Positions 50,272 to 60,335 of a stretch of 64,000 nucleotides of DNA are shown in pieces. The notes below the pieces were generated by a model, which worked only from the letters and a program-made list of their open reading frames with translations, did not search any database and had not been told where the DNA came from. This DNA comes from Longimicrobiales bacterium (lineage in GTDB: Bacteria > Gemmatimonadota > Gemmatimonadetes > Longimicrobiales > RSA9). The stretch lies in NCBI GenBank assembly GCA_035465395.1, contig DATHRK010000102.1:191-64190 (forward strand). The letters are read 5' to 3'. The stretch's first letter is position 1. Every line of letters begins with the position of its first letter. The position numbers were made by a program, and so were the translations under genes.

Positions 50272-50751
50272 TCATGGCCGGGAGAGCGCGTGCGAATCAA
50301 ACGCGGCGGCCGCACCCACGGTCGCCGGAGCCTCCGGCGGCTCGTGCGCGGCCTGATCCGCGGTACCACCGAGGACCCTGTCCTCCGCGATCGGCTGCCA
50401 AACGAGCTTGTCGCCCACCTGCGTGCCGCTGGCCTCGATCGTTCCCGTCGGGATCTCCAGGGCGTAGTGCGAGCCCTTGATGAACCCCGTGCGGGCGCCG
50501 GGCTGCAGGTCGGAGCGCAGGTGCACGACGGTTCCTTCGGCGTCCAGGAAGACGACGTCGAGGGCGTACTTCATGCCGTACATGTGTACCCCCCGGCAGG
50601 GCACGATCAGCAGCCCCTCCCCCGGTTCGGGGGCGGGACGGCCCAGCATACCGCGCAGGCGGGTCCAGTGGGTGCGCGCGACCGCGACGCGGCCGCCCAG
50701 CACGCTCTGGCGGGTGGCGTTGCGCACCTCGATCCGGGGCATCGCCCCCAT
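50272..50751 (-). CDS. DUF192 (COG1430) domain protein
   Basis: ATG 50751 overlaps the tadC stop by 1 nt. RLRGMLGRPAPEPGEGLLIVPCRGVHMYGMKYALDVVFLDAEG is the DUF192 core pattern. Confidence 0.7.
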   Translation of the reverse strand: MGAMPRIEVRNATRQSVLGGRVAVARTHWTRLRGMLGRPAPEPGEGLLIVPCRGVHMYGMKYALDVVFLDAEGTVVHLRSDLQPGARTGFIKGSHYALEIPTGTIEASGTQVGDKLVWQPIAEDRVLGGTADQAAHEPPEAPATVGAAAAFDSHALSRP

Positions 50752-51692
50752 CAACCGAACCCTTCGCCCGTGACCAGCACCCGGTAGATCTGGATGGCCG
50801 CGGGTCCGAGGATCACGGTGAAGATCGCCGGGAAGACGCAGAACACGAGCGGCGGGATCAGCTTGATCGTGGTCTTCGCGGCGGCCTCCTCGGCGCGCTG
50901 CCGACGCTTCGTGCGCATGGTGTCGGCCTGCGTGCGCAGGGCCGTGGACACCGAGGTACCGAAGCGGTCGGTCTGGATCAGGATGGCCGTGAGCGCGCGC
51001 ACGTCGTCCACCCCCGTCCGCTCGGCGAGGTTGCGCAGTGCCTGCGAGCGCTCCGCGCCGGCGCGGATCTCCAGGTTCACCAGGACGAGCTCCTCGCTCA
51101 TCTCCATGCTGACGTGGCGGATTTCTTCGGCCACGCGCACCAGCGCCTGGTTCAGCCCGAGGCCGGCCTCCACGCAGACGACCATCAGGTCGAGCGCGTC
51201 GGGCAGCGCCTTCTGGATCTGGAGCTTCCGCTTCTTCTGCTTGCGGCCCACGTAGAAGCTCGGCATGACCCAGCCGAGCCCGGCGGCCGCCAGGCCGCGC
51301 ATGAGCAGCGAGCTCGGCTCGGCGCCCGACGCGGCGCCGATGGCCAGCATCGACAGCCCCAGGCCGGCGGTCATGAACAACCGGACGCCCCAGAAGACCG
51401 ACGGGGCGGTCGGGCTCCGGTAGCCGGCCTGCACCAGCCGCTTTCGGATCTCCGCGGAGTCCTCGCGGCTGGCGTCCACCTTGGATCCGAGGCGGCGCAG
51501 GAACAGCTCGAACTGCGCGCGACGGTCCTGCCGGCCGGCCGCCTCCTGGGACACGCCCGCGTAGCCGAGCCGCCGCAGCTCGGACAGCCGCTGCGACACG
51601 GCGCGCGGCTTGTTGGGGGCCAGGTCCATCGCCCCGAGCACGCCGAGTACCACGGTGAGGCCAATGAGGACCGCGATCAGTACGAGACTCAT
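50751..51692 (-). CDS. tadC: Tad pilus inner-membrane platform protein TadC
   Basis: GspF-like domain (LPDALDLMVVCVEAGLGLNQAL) with flanking TM helices. Second platform gene after cpaF. Confidence 0.85.
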   Translation of the reverse strand: MSLVLIAVLIGLTVVLGVLGAMDLAPNKPRAVSQRLSELRRLGYAGVSQEAAGRQDRRAQFELFLRRLGSKVDASREDSAEIRKRLVQAGYRSPTAPSVFWGVRLFMTAGLGLSMLAIGAASGAEPSSLLMRGLAAAGLGWVMPSFYVGRKQKKRKLQIQKALPDALDLMVVCVEAGLGLNQALVRVAEEIRHVSMEMSEELVLVNLEIRAGAERSQALRNLAERTGVDDVRALTAILIQTDRFGTSVSTALRTQADTMRTKRRQRAEEAAAKTTIKLIPPLVFCVFPAIFTVILGPAAIQIYRVLVTGEGFG

Positions 51693-51701
51693 TGCCGCCC
51701 C

Positions 51702-52676
51702 CTAGATGTCGATGTCCACGACCTGGCGGATCCACAGGAAGCCTATCACCTGTAGGATCAGCGCCGCGCCCAGGAAGAACACCCCGAGCGGGTCGGTGAA
51801 CAGCGTCATGATGTACTCGCGGTTCAGGAAGTAGAACAGGATCCCCATGATGATGGGGAGCCCCGCGAGCAGGTATCCCGTCATGCGCCCCTGCGCGGTG
51901 CGCGTACGGATCTCGCGCTGGATCCGGAAACGCTCCCGAATCGTGTGCGAGATACTGTCGAGGATCTCGGCCAGGTTGCCGCCGACCTCCCGCTGGATCA
52001 GCACGGCGGTCACGAAGATGCGCACGTCCAGCAGCGGATTGCGGTCGGCGAGCGACAGCAGCGCGTCCTGAACCGGGAGGCCGAAGCGCTGCTCCTCGAA
52101 GGCGCGGCGGTACTCCTCGCCCAGCGGCGCGGGCAGCTCCTCGGCGACCATCTTGATCCCCGCGGAGAACGGGTGCCCGGCGCGCAGCGCGCGTCCCATG
52201 AGGTCGATCGCCTCCGGAAGCTGCTCCTCGAGCTTGCGCATCCGCCGGGCGCGCTTGCGGACGACGTAGAGGTAGGGCAGACCCGCGCCCACGGTCCCCG
52301 TCACCAGCGCCATCAGCAGGCTGTTGGAGAAGAGGAAGCCGGCGACGAAACCGGCGAAGCCGAAGCCCAGCGTGGCGAGGATGTACGTCGAGATCGTCCA
52401 GGACAGGTCCGCCTGCTCGATCGCCGTCTGGATCCCGCGCATGCGTGTGAACTTGTCGGCGAACGCCTCCAGCGCCGACTGTTCGTGGAGCGGGCGCAGG
52501 AGGTCCGAGCCCACGCCCGAGCGCGCCGCCATGGTCTCGAAGTCCATGTTCTCGAGACGGCTCGCGAGCGACTTGCGGTCGCGCGCGTCGCGCACCGTCT
52601 CGAGTCCGAGGACGACGAAGACGACCAGCGCCGCGACGGCGAGGAAGACGAGGACTGCCCCGAGGGTGGTTCCCAT
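51702..52676 (-). CDS. tadB: Tad pilus inner-membrane platform protein TadB
   Basis: GspF-like domain (LPEAIDLMGRALRAGHPFSAG) with N- and C-terminal TM helices. Directly downstream of cpaF. Confidence 0.85.
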   Translation of the reverse strand: MGTTLGAVLVFLAVAALVVFVVLGLETVRDARDRKSLASRLENMDFETMAARSGVGSDLLRPLHEQSALEAFADKFTRMRGIQTAIEQADLSWTISTYILATLGFGFAGFVAGFLFSNSLLMALVTGTVGAGLPYLYVVRKRARRMRKLEEQLPEAIDLMGRALRAGHPFSAGIKMVAEELPAPLGEEYRRAFEEQRFGLPVQDALLSLADRNPLLDVRIFVTAVLIQREVGGNLAEILDSISHTIRERFRIQREIRTRTAQGRMTGYLLAGLPIIMGILFYFLNREYIMTLFTDPLGVFFLGAALILQVIGFLWIRQVVDIDI

Positions 52677-52679
52677 GGC

Positions 52680-54179
52680 TCAGCCCACCGACTCCAGCCG
52701 GTCGCCCCAGAGCGTCTTCTTTTCCGTCTTCTTGCCGACGGTCTCGGTCGCCTGCTCCTCGTCCATGTCGGTGCCCATCTCGTCGCCGAACAGGAACGAG
52801 GACAGCTTGATGCCGTGCTGGCGCAGGCGGTCCGCGAACCTCGGCCGGATGCCGGTCGAGCGGTAGGACCCCAGGACGTTGCCGTCCTCGTCCAGCCCCT
52901 GCCGGTCGAACAGGAAGATGTCCTGCATGGTGATCACGTCGCCCTCCATGCCCACGATCTCGGAGATCGCGATCACCTTGCGCGTCCCGTCGCTCATGCG
53001 GCTGGCCTGGATCACCACGTCGATCGCCGAGGAGATCTGCTCGCGCATCGCGCGCTCGGGGATGTTCAGGCTGGCCATCGACACCATCGTCTCCAGACGC
53101 GACAGCGCGTCGCGAGGCGTGTTCGCGTGCAGCGTCGTGAGCGAGCCGTCGTGCCCGGTGTTCATCGCCTGGAGCATGTCGATCGCCTCGCCGCCGCGGA
53201 CCTCGCCCAGCACGATCCGATCGGGGCGCATACGCAGCGCGTTGATCACCAGCATCCGCTGGTTGACGGCGCCGTGCCCCTCGACGTTGGGGGGCCGGGT
53301 CTCGAGTCGCACGACGTGCGGCTGGCGCAGCTGCAGCTCCGCGGAGTCCTCGATCGTGACGATGCGCTCGTCCTTGGGGATGAAGCCGCTGAGGATGTTG
53401 AGCAGCGTCGTCTTCCCGGCGCCCGTTCCGCCCGAGATCAGCACGTTGAGGCGGGACTTCACGACCGCCTCCAGCAGCTCGAGCATCTGCTTGCTGATCG
53501 ATTCGTAGCGCAGCAGGTCCTCGCCGGAGAGCGTGTCGCGCTTGAACTTACGGATCGAGACGTGCGGCCCGTCGATCGCCAGCGGCGGGATGATCGCGTT
53601 CACACGCGAGCCGTCCGCGAGCCGCGCGTCCACCATCGGCGAGCTGTCGTCGATGCGCCTCCCGACGGCGCTGACGATGCGGTCGATCACCTGCATCAGG
53701 TGCCGGTCGTCGCGGAACTTGGTGCCGGTCTCGAAGAGCTTGCCGCGCTTCTCCACGAAGACCTGGCGGCCCGTGTTGACCAGCACGTCGGAGACCTCGG
53801 GGTCCTTCATCAGGGGCTCGAGCGGACCCAGGCCGAAGATCTCGTCCAGGACCTTCTCCACCACCTGCTCGCGCTCGACGCTGGCGAGGGGGGTCTCCTC
53901 CTCGTTCAGCAGCTCGTGCGCGGCGCGCTGGATCGTGCGCGCGGCCTCCTCGCGATCCACCTCCTGGAGCGCGGCCAGGTTGAGCCGCTCCAGCAGGTGG
54001 CGGTGCAGGCGCTCCTGCACCGCGCTCAGCTCGCCGCCGGGCGTCGGGCTGGACGGCTCGGCCTTGCCGCCGCGCGCCTTGGCGCGGCGCGCCAGGTCGC
54101 CGGTCCACAGGCCGCCAGCAGCGCCGGCTTCGTTGCCGGCCTTCGGAGCGCCTTCCGTCGGTGTCGTCGGTTCCGTCAT
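52680..54179 (-). CDS. cpaF: Tad pilus secretion ATPase CpaF/TadA
   Basis: [14 protein letters not shown] Walker [13 protein letters not shown] Asp box, [14 protein letters not shown] Walker [14 protein letters not shown] His box. Confidence 0.95.
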   Translation of the reverse strand: MTEPTTPTEGAPKAGNEAGAAGGLWTGDLARRAKARGGKAEPSSPTPGGELSAVQERLHRHLLERLNLAALQEVDREEAARTIQRAAHELLNEEETPLASVEREQVVEKVLDEIFGLGPLEPLMKDPEVSDVLVNTGRQVFVEKRGKLFETGTKFRDDRHLMQVIDRIVSAVGRRIDDSSPMVDARLADGSRVNAIIPPLAIDGPHVSIRKFKRDTLSGEDLLRYESISKQMLELLEAVVKSRLNVLISGGTGAGKTTLLNILSGFIPKDERIVTIEDSAELQLRQPHVVRLETRPPNVEGHGAVNQRMLVINALRMRPDRIVLGEVRGGEAIDMLQAMNTGHDGSLTTLHANTPRDALSRLETMVSMASLNIPERAMREQISSAIDVVIQASRMSDGTRKVIAISEIVGMEGDVITMQDIFLFDRQGLDEDGNVLGSYRSTGIRPRFADRLRQHGIKLSSFLFGDEMGTDMDEEQATETVGKKTEKKTLWGDRLESVG

Positions 54180-54199
54180 GGTTCAGGCTCCCCCGGGCC

Positions 54200-55438
54200 T
54201 CACTTCTTGAGGCCGAACAGTCGCTTGAGCGGAGCGGCCAGGCCGCTGTCGCCGTTGGTCGCCGGCGCGCCGGGCAGGTCCACCAGGCCGCCGATGATCG
54301 ATTCGATGTCGCGCGAGTACGGGGAGCGTCCGTTCAGCGTGATCGGCCTGCCCTCGTTGGCCGCCTTGATCGCGGAGCGGTAGTCGTTCGACAGGGTCCA
54401 GTGCACGTCCATGTCCAGGAGCGTGCGGATGTCGTCGATGGTGACCTGGCCGTCGGGGTGGTAGCGGTTCACGACGACGCGGATCCGGTCCATCGAGTTG
54501 TCGTCCAGCCGCTGCAGCACCGGCAGGAGCCGCTTGAGGCTACCGAGCGTGGGCAGGTCCGCCGTCGTGACCACCATGATCTTGTCGGCGGACTCCAGGA
54601 CGCTGAGCATCATGGGCGACAGCGCCTTGGACATGTCCACAACGACGTAGCGGTACGTCTGCCGCAGGAAGTCGATGATCTTGGCCGCTTCCTCCGCGGC
54701 GATCACGTCCGAGCGCTCGGGCCGCAGCGGGGCCGCGAGGACGTCCAGGCCCGAGGGGTGGGACTCCACGTAGGAGCTCACGAGGTTCGGGTCCAGGCGG
54801 TGGAAGTTGCGCGCGAGGTCCAGGAAGCTGAACCGCGGCCGCAGGCCGAGCAGGAGCGCGACGCCCCCGAGCTCCATGTCGAGGTCCACCAGCAGCGTCC
54901 TCTCGCCGGTGGCCTGCTGCAGCGCGACCGCGAGGTTCACGGCCGCGGTCGTCGTGCCGGTGCCGCCCTTGACGGGCAGGAACGCGAAGACCCTTCCGCG
55001 GCTCTCGGCCTCCTGCCCCTGGATCTCGTGCTCCACGAACGAGTGCCGCTTCCAGGCGCGCGAGAGCGCCTCGGTCAGGTCGGTCGTGGTGACCGGCGCG
55101 AGCAGGTACTCGTTCACCCCCGCGCGCATCGCCTGCATGAGCACGTCCGGCGCGAGGCCCGGCCCGGAGCCGATCACGTGGAGGGTCGGCGCCGCGTCGG
55201 CCAGGTAGGCCGCGATCTTGATCGCGGTCTGCGGGTCGTCGCCCATGCCGATCAGGACGACGTGGACGTCCTCGGAGGTCAGCTGGGAGGCGTCCTCACG
55301 CCCGAGCTCCGCCAGCGGTGCCTCGAGTTGGTGGGCGACCTCGATGCGTCGCTTCCCGGGCAGCTCGATCTCGTCCAGCGCCTTGCGCACGGCCGGATCC
55401 ACCCCGACCAGCGCGACGCGCAGGCTGTGACGCGACAT
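54200..55438 (-). CDS. cpaE: CpaE/TadZ: pseudo-receiver + ParA/MinD-like ATPase
   Basis: N-terminal receiver-like domain. FLPVKGGTGTTTAAVNLAVAL deviant Walker A and YVVVDM Walker B. Confidence 0.85.
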   Translation of the reverse strand: MSRHSLRVALVGVDPAVRKALDEIELPGKRRIEVAHQLEAPLAELGREDASQLTSEDVHVVLIGMGDDPQTAIKIAAYLADAAPTLHVIGSGPGLAPDVLMQAMRAGVNEYLLAPVTTTDLTEALSRAWKRHSFVEHEIQGQEAESRGRVFAFLPVKGGTGTTTAAVNLAVALQQATGERTLLVDLDMELGGVALLLGLRPRFSFLDLARNFHRLDPNLVSSYVESHPSGLDVLAAPLRPERSDVIAAEEAAKIIDFLRQTYRYVVVDMSKALSPMMLSVLESADKIMVVTTADLPTLGSLKRLLPVLQRLDDNSMDRIRVVVNRYHPDGQVTIDDIRTLLDMDVHWTLSNDYRSAIKAANEGRPITLNGRSPYSRDIESIIGGLVDLPGAPATNGDSGLAAPLKRLFGLKK

Positions 55439-55537
55439 GTCTATTCCCTTTCCCTATCCCAATCCGCGACCCGGGGAGAGGGCGGCGGTACCCTTCGCCG
55501 GCCCTCGGCATTCACGATCTCTCTGCTAACGCGCTCC

Positions 55538-56875
55538 TCAGGGCGCCGTGTACGGCACCCAGCGATCCTCGTCGATCAGGCGGAGAACCCGCACGTTCGA
55601 TCCGATTGCGGCCCCCCCTCCGCTGCCCGGGACGAAACCCAGGAAGCGCCCGAACAACGGAGCCTTGAAGTTTCGCTCGTCCGGCCATTCCAGGAAGATC
55701 TTGGCAAAATCGGCGACCTCCATCTCGTTCTTGCCCGAGATGGTGCCGTCGGGCTTCACGAGCGGTACCGTCACGACCCGAGGGCTCTTCAGCCAGGTCT
55801 CCTTGGCGACCGGGCCGCTGGGATACCGTACCTCGCCCGTCGTGACTGTGATCGGGTTCCCGTTCGGATCGGTGCCCTGGTAGGTGTACTCGTGCCAGTA
55901 GGCGTCCGGATCCTCGTTCAGCAGCTTCTCCATGGCCTGCCAGGTCGGATTCGGATACAGCCCCGGCTCGTCTTCGATGACGTCGCCGATCTCGAACTCG
56001 ACGGGCCGACACTCCAGGATGTTGGCCGTGAACGAGCTGACCCCCGTGCCGTACCCCGGGATCACGAACGGCATCCAGTGCGAGGACTCGCCCCCGTTGG
56101 GATCCTGGTACTTGACGAGGAGCTCCCGCCCGAAGTCGTCGTGGTAATAGTACCCCTGCACGTCCGCTTGCCCGTTGCGCGCGCTCGTGCCCCAACCGGT
56201 CTGGACGCTCGGGTCGGCGTCGATGCCTCCGTAGGTCTCCCCTTCGTCGAACAGCCAGTTCTCGTACAGACCCGGATCGTTGCCGCTGGCGGAAGGCAGG
56301 TTCCCGGCAGCGTCGCGAAGATCCCAGATCGTATTGGGCTGCAGGTCCGCCTCGTTGTCGTACGTGCCCGTCCCGAACGCAGTCTCCTCCCACAGGTCGG
56401 GAAGGGCGAACGGCTTGACGCAGTCGGTCGTCGCGCTCACCTCGGCCGCGTGGGCCACCGAGACCGTGGCGACCGTCACGTCGTTCACGCCGAAGATCTT
56501 CGCGAACCAGGTGGGCACGGTGCGGGTTGCGGTCACCTTCACCATCTGACTGTCCGGGTTCACCTCGACGGTGATCTCCACCGAGTCGACGTCCTCGTGA
56601 CGGATGGAGTTGGCCTCGGTGAAGCTGAACGCCTCGGCTTCCGCCGGAGCGACCGCATCCAGCGGATTCTCGTGCACCAGGAACAGCGCCGCGCCGGCCA
56701 GCGCCCCGGCGTCGGTAGCGCGCTGCGCCTCGGCCCGGGCGGACAGCATCATCCCCAGGTCGACGCCCAGCGCGACCATGCCGATCAGCACGGGCGCGCC
56801 CAGCGCCACTATGGCCAGCGTCGCCCCGCGTCGATTCGACGCGGGGCGAGCGATGAGACCTATGAGTCGCTTCAT
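55538..56875 (-). CDS. TadG-like pilus assembly / minor pilin-like protein
   Basis: RGATLAIVALGAPVLIGMVALGVDLG N-terminal TadG motif. No vWA domain seen. Start candidates are ATG 56875 (6 nt after GGGGGA), 56881 and 56896. Confidence 0.7.
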   Translation of the reverse strand: MKRLIGLIARPASNRRGATLAIVALGAPVLIGMVALGVDLGMMLSARAEAQRATDAGALAGAALFLVHENPLDAVAPAEAEAFSFTEANSIRHEDVDSVEITVEVNPDSQMVKVTATRTVPTWFAKIFGVNDVTVATVSVAHAAEVSATTDCVKPFALPDLWEETAFGTGTYDNEADLQPNTIWDLRDAAGNLPSASGNDPGLYENWLFDEGETYGGIDADPSVQTGWGTSARNGQADVQGYYYHDDFGRELLVKYQDPNGGESSHWMPFVIPGYGTGVSSFTANILECRPVEFEIGDVIEDEPGLYPNPTWQAMEKLLNEDPDAYWHEYTYQGTDPNGNPITVTTGEVRYPSGPVAKETWLKSPRVVTVPLVKPDGTISGKNEMEVADFAKIFLEWPDERNFKAPLFGRFLGFVPGSGGGAAIGSNVRVLRLIDEDRWVPYTAP

Positions 56876-56915
56876 CTGCATCCCCCTGCCTTTCATCGCG
56901 GCGCCAGGCCAGGCC

Positions 56916-58226
56916 TCAGGGCGTGGGCCGCCGGTCCAGATCCTGATCCCGCAGACCGCGCATCCAGTCCCATGTCCCCGGCTCGCCCGTGGGCATCTCC
57001 GGCGGCACATCACTGGGCTGCACGATGTACGGCGTCACCGTCACCAGCAGCTCCGAGCGGGACTGCTGGGCATCCGTCGAGCGGAAGAAGGCCCCGAGGA
57101 TCGGGATGTCCCCGAGGATCGGAATCTTCGTCACGCTCTTCGCCATCTGATTGTCCACGAGCCCCGAGATGGCCAGCGTCTGGCCCTCCCGCAGCTCCAC
57201 TTCCGTATCCGTCTTCCGCGACAGGATCGTCGGAATCCGGAACCCGTTCAAAATCAGGCCGTTGGCGAAGTCCAGTGACGACACCTCTGGCGCCACCTGG
57301 AGCCGGATCGCGCCCGTGTTCGTGATGAACGGCGTGAACGCCAGCCGAACCCCGAACTCGCGGAACTGGATCGTGACTCCGCCCGTGGTGTTGCCCTGAA
57401 GGATCGGGAACGGAAACTCCCCGCCCGCCAGGAACGTCGCCTCGTTGCCTTCGATCGTGACCAGGTTCGGCTCGGCGAGGCTCTTGAAGTCGCCGCTCTC
57501 CTTGAGCGCCTGGATGATCGCCTCGAGGAACTCGTTGTCCCCCGACAGCATGAACGTCAGCAGCCCGTCCGAGATCGTCTCGCCGAACCAGTCCTCCGAG
57601 TCGTCGAAGTCCAGCTCGTGCGGATTCAGCGTCCGCAGCGCGGAGGCCATGTTCCGCCCGCCGGTGTTCGTCACCTCGGCGAACCGCACCTTCAGCAGGA
57701 TCTGCTCCGCCGAGGGCGACTGGATGTTGTTCACGACCGTCGCGCCGCTCTGCTCGGCGATCTCCACCGCGCGTCGCGCCATTCCCGGACGCGTCACACT
57801 ACCCTGCAGGATGATGTTCGTCCCGCTGGGCACGACCGTGATCGTCTCCCCGGGAAGCATCATCTCGATCTGCCGCTGGATCAGATCCGCGTCGGGCGTG
57901 ACCTCCACGGTGTAGAGCGACACCGTATTGTTCACTCGCCACACGAAGAGGCTCGTCGTCCCGATCTCCATCCCGGTGACGACCAGCTCCCTCAGCGAGA
58001 TCGGCGTCGCGTCCGCGATCGCGTCATCCGCCAGCTGGATCCGCTCCACCTGCGCCGGCTGCAGCACCAGCGCGGACTTGCCCTTGGCCACGCGAATGAC
58101 GTCGTCGGCCTCGGACACGACCTGCTGCTGCTGTGCGACCGCGACGCCCGCGTGCATCATCATCCCGAAGGCCAGTACCAGACCCCAGACGGGATTGGCC
58201 GATCTCCGCATCATCATCCTCCGCAT
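56916..58226 (-). CDS. cpaC: Tad pilus secretin CpaC/RcpA
   Basis: Signal MRRMMMRRSANPVWGLVLAFGMMMHAGVAVAQ. BON-like N-domain and secretin core (FLAGGEFPFP, PILGDIPILGAFFRS, LLVTVTPYIV). Confidence 0.9.
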   Translation of the reverse strand: MRRMMMRRSANPVWGLVLAFGMMMHAGVAVAQQQQVVSEADDVIRVAKGKSALVLQPAQVERIQLADDAIADATPISLRELVVTGMEIGTTSLFVWRVNNTVSLYTVEVTPDADLIQRQIEMMLPGETITVVPSGTNIILQGSVTRPGMARRAVEIAEQSGATVVNNIQSPSAEQILLKVRFAEVTNTGGRNMASALRTLNPHELDFDDSEDWFGETISDGLLTFMLSGDNEFLEAIIQALKESGDFKSLAEPNLVTIEGNEATFLAGGEFPFPILQGNTTGGVTIQFREFGVRLAFTPFITNTGAIRLQVAPEVSSLDFANGLILNGFRIPTILSRKTDTEVELREGQTLAISGLVDNQMAKSVTKIPILGDIPILGAFFRSTDAQQSRSELLVTVTPYIVQPSDVPPEMPTGEPGTWDWMRGLRDQDLDRRPTP

Positions 58227-58258
58227 CACAGTGAACCCCCCCACACCTGAAACGTCGA

Positions 58259-59083
58259 TCAGAACCGCTGGATGGTCCTCTGACCTCCCTTGAGAATCTC
58301 GATCTGCGGAGCCGTCTGCTCCACCCGCGCCCGGGTGGTCGCGGTCCCGCTGGCGCGCCGCGCACGGCCGCCGGTAATCAGTTCCTCCACGCGCGCGCCG
58401 TCCGTCCGGATGGAATCCCCGTCCAGCGTGTTGCGCAGCGCGAGCTGGATCCGCCCCTCGTCGCCGGCGATCACGAGCTGCTCGGCCTGTTCGGGCGTCA
58501 CGAGCACCGTGATCACGGAGGCCACCACGGGCGATCCGTTCTCGTCCGCCTGGATCAACTGTCCGGCGGTGAGCGCCAGTATGTCTTGAAGGACGATCTG
58601 CGAGAGCTTATCGCCACCGTTGGGCGGGTCGACGGTCAGGATCACGTCGACTCTCGTGCCGGGCACGACGAAGCCGGCGACGCTGACCACCTCGTCCACC
58701 CGGATGCTGATGGCGCGCATGCCTTCCGGGATCGTGATCGGCAGGCCGCCGTTCTCGGCGTCGGCCAGCTTGGCCTCGAGGAACGGCTCGTTGACGGAGA
58801 CGGGCCTGGTGACCCCCCGGCCCACCACGTCTTCCACCGCCGTCACGTAGCCGACCGGGACCTGCTCCGACGGCCAGTCGATCAGCGTGACGTCCTCGGG
58901 GCGGACCTTGCTCCCGAGCGGCAGGTCCGTAACCGCGACGGCCACCGGAGTGGTCGTCCGCGTGACCGTCGGTAGTACCGGGCCGCCCTGGCTGCGCAGG
59001 AAGTCCAACGAAAGGTAGGCGGCGATCAGGCCGAACAGCACGGCCACCCCCACCATGATCAACGCACGTCTACGGTTTCCCAT
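58259..59083 (-). CDS. cpaB: Flp pilus assembly protein CpaB/RcpC (SAF domain)
   Basis: ATG 59083. N-terminal TM (ALIMVGVAVLFGLIAAYL), then SAF-like and RcpC C-terminal domains. Position upstream of the secretin. Confidence 0.85.
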   Translation of the reverse strand: MGNRRRALIMVGVAVLFGLIAAYLSLDFLRSQGGPVLPTVTRTTTPVAVAVTDLPLGSKVRPEDVTLIDWPSEQVPVGYVTAVEDVVGRGVTRPVSVNEPFLEAKLADAENGGLPITIPEGMRAISIRVDEVVSVAGFVVPGTRVDVILTVDPPNGGDKLSQIVLQDILALTAGQLIQADENGSPVVASVITVLVTPEQAEQLVIAGDEGRIQLALRNTLDGDSIRTDGARVEELITGGRARRASGTATTRARVEQTAPQIEILKGGQRTIQRF

Positions 59084-59101
59084 GTTCCCCCGTCCCCTCC
59101 C

Positions 59102-59584
59102 CTATTCCTTCCGCATCGTGATCGACGTACGAATCGGAATCGTGCTGTAGCCGGTCATCGAGCTGATGAGCGGCCCGAACATGATCATGCTGTGGGGATA
59201 GTTGATCGTCACGCGCGCGGTGTCGCCGCGCTGTGCGCCCGTCCATGCGCCGCCGGTGGTGCCGGTGGCGGCGATGGTTACCGTCGCGTTGGAGCCCGTC
59301 AGGCCCCCGCGGTTCAAGGCGTTGCGCACGGTGTTGATCGCGTCGGTGGAATCCGCCACGACTCCCGGAGTGCTGCCCACGACGGCCACCCGCGCGCCCT
59401 CCCGGGCCGCGTCCGTCACGACCTGCCAGGACTTGACGATCAGACCGAACTCGACGATGCCGAAGACCAGCAGTAGCAGGATCGGAACGACGAGAGCGAA
59501 CTCCGCGATCGACTGACCCGCGGAGGAACGCCGAAGTGAGCCCACGCGAGAGGCATCCCTCGTCGCGCTCTTGAAGTACCTCAT
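59102..59584 (-). CDS. tadE: TadE-like pseudopilin
   Basis: ATG 59584 overlaps the cpaA stop (ATGA). GQSIAEFALVVPILLLLVFGIVEFG is the TadE N-terminal motif. Confidence 0.8.
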   Translation of the reverse strand: MRYFKSATRDASRVGSLRRSSAGQSIAEFALVVPILLLLVFGIVEFGLIVKSWQVVTDAAREGARVAVVGSTPGVVADSTDAINTVRNALNRGGLTGSNATVTIAATGTTGGAWTGAQRGDTARVTINYPHSMIMFGPLISSMTGYSTIPIRTSITMRKE

Positions 59585-60090
59585 AGCGCGAACCTTGCTA
59601 TCAGGGAGCCGACGGCGATTGCGACGCCGTACGGAATTGTGATGGCGCCCTCCGATCGGAGGGTCTGTCTGTGACCGAACCGTCCGACGGTGACTAGGTT
59701 CAGCACGAGGGCGCCTGTGTTGGAGATGGTCTGACGCAGCAGACCAAGTCGCCATGTAGTATACACCGCCATTGCTCCGCCTATCAAGGCAGTAAACAGC
59801 AGGGCTTCCAGTATTCCAACGGGCCCCATGAACGCTCCCACCGCGGTGATCAGCTTGGCGTCTCCGCCCCCGAACGCGCCCAGCGCGAACAGCGGCAGCG
59901 AGAGGCCGAAGCCGACCGCTCCCCCCAGCAACGCGCCTTGGGGGCTGATACCCCCCGGGCTCAACGAAAGCATCACCCCGATTCCGAACCCCGTTACCGT
60001 GAGGTAGTTCGGGATCGTCCTGTCCTTCAGATCCGACAGCGCGGCGGCCGCCACGAGGGCGACGAGCCAGAAATCAGCCCAGGGCATCAT
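59581..60090 (-). CDS. cpaA: prepilin peptidase CpaA/TadV (A24 aspartic peptidase)
   Basis: SDLKDRTIPN and GGGDAKL catalytic Asp motifs. Five TM segments. Confidence 0.85.
   Translation of the reverse strand: MMPWADFWLVALVAAAALSDLKDRTIPNYLTVTGFGIGVMLSLSPGGISPQGALLGGAVGFGLSLPLFALGAFGGGDAKLITAVGAFMGPVGILEALLFTALIGGAMAVYTTWRLGLLRQTISNTGALVLNLVTVGRFGHRQTLRSEGAITIPYGVAIAVGSLIARFAL
59758..59787 (-). promoter_or_regulatory. candidate internal sigma70-type promoter inside cpaA
   Basis: Minus strand reads TTGATA (59787-82), 18 nt, TATACT (59763-58). It lies within a locally AT3-rich patch, about 170 nt upstream of the tadE ATG. Confidence 0.3.
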
Positions 60091-60123
60091 GCCGTGGTGT
60101 CTCCGGCCTTGCCGTTTGTCGGA

Positions 60124-60303
60124 CTAGCTGTTGGTCGCCTCGTTGATCGCGTCCCGGACGCTGTCGATCGGCTGCGCGATCGCCGTGCGGAAGTCGATCA
60201 AGAGGACGATCATCGCGAGCGCTATGAGGGCCATGAGAACCGAGTACTCGGCCAGGTCCTGCCCGGCCTCGTGGCTCCAGTACCGCTTCAGAATCGTGAG
60301 CAT
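60124..60303 (-). CDS. flp: Flp-family pilin (59 aa), divergent copy
   Basis: MLTILKRYWSHEAGQDLAEYSVLMALIALAMIVLL has the G-x4-EY prepilin motif plus a hydrophobic helix. ATG 60303 inside ORF 60124..60618. Confidence 0.8.
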   Translation of the reverse strand: MLTILKRYWSHEAGQDLAEYSVLMALIALAMIVLLIDFRTAIAQPIDSVRDAINEATNS

Positions 60304-60335
60304 CCCGGTTCCCCACACCCTCCGCCGCGCGAGCT

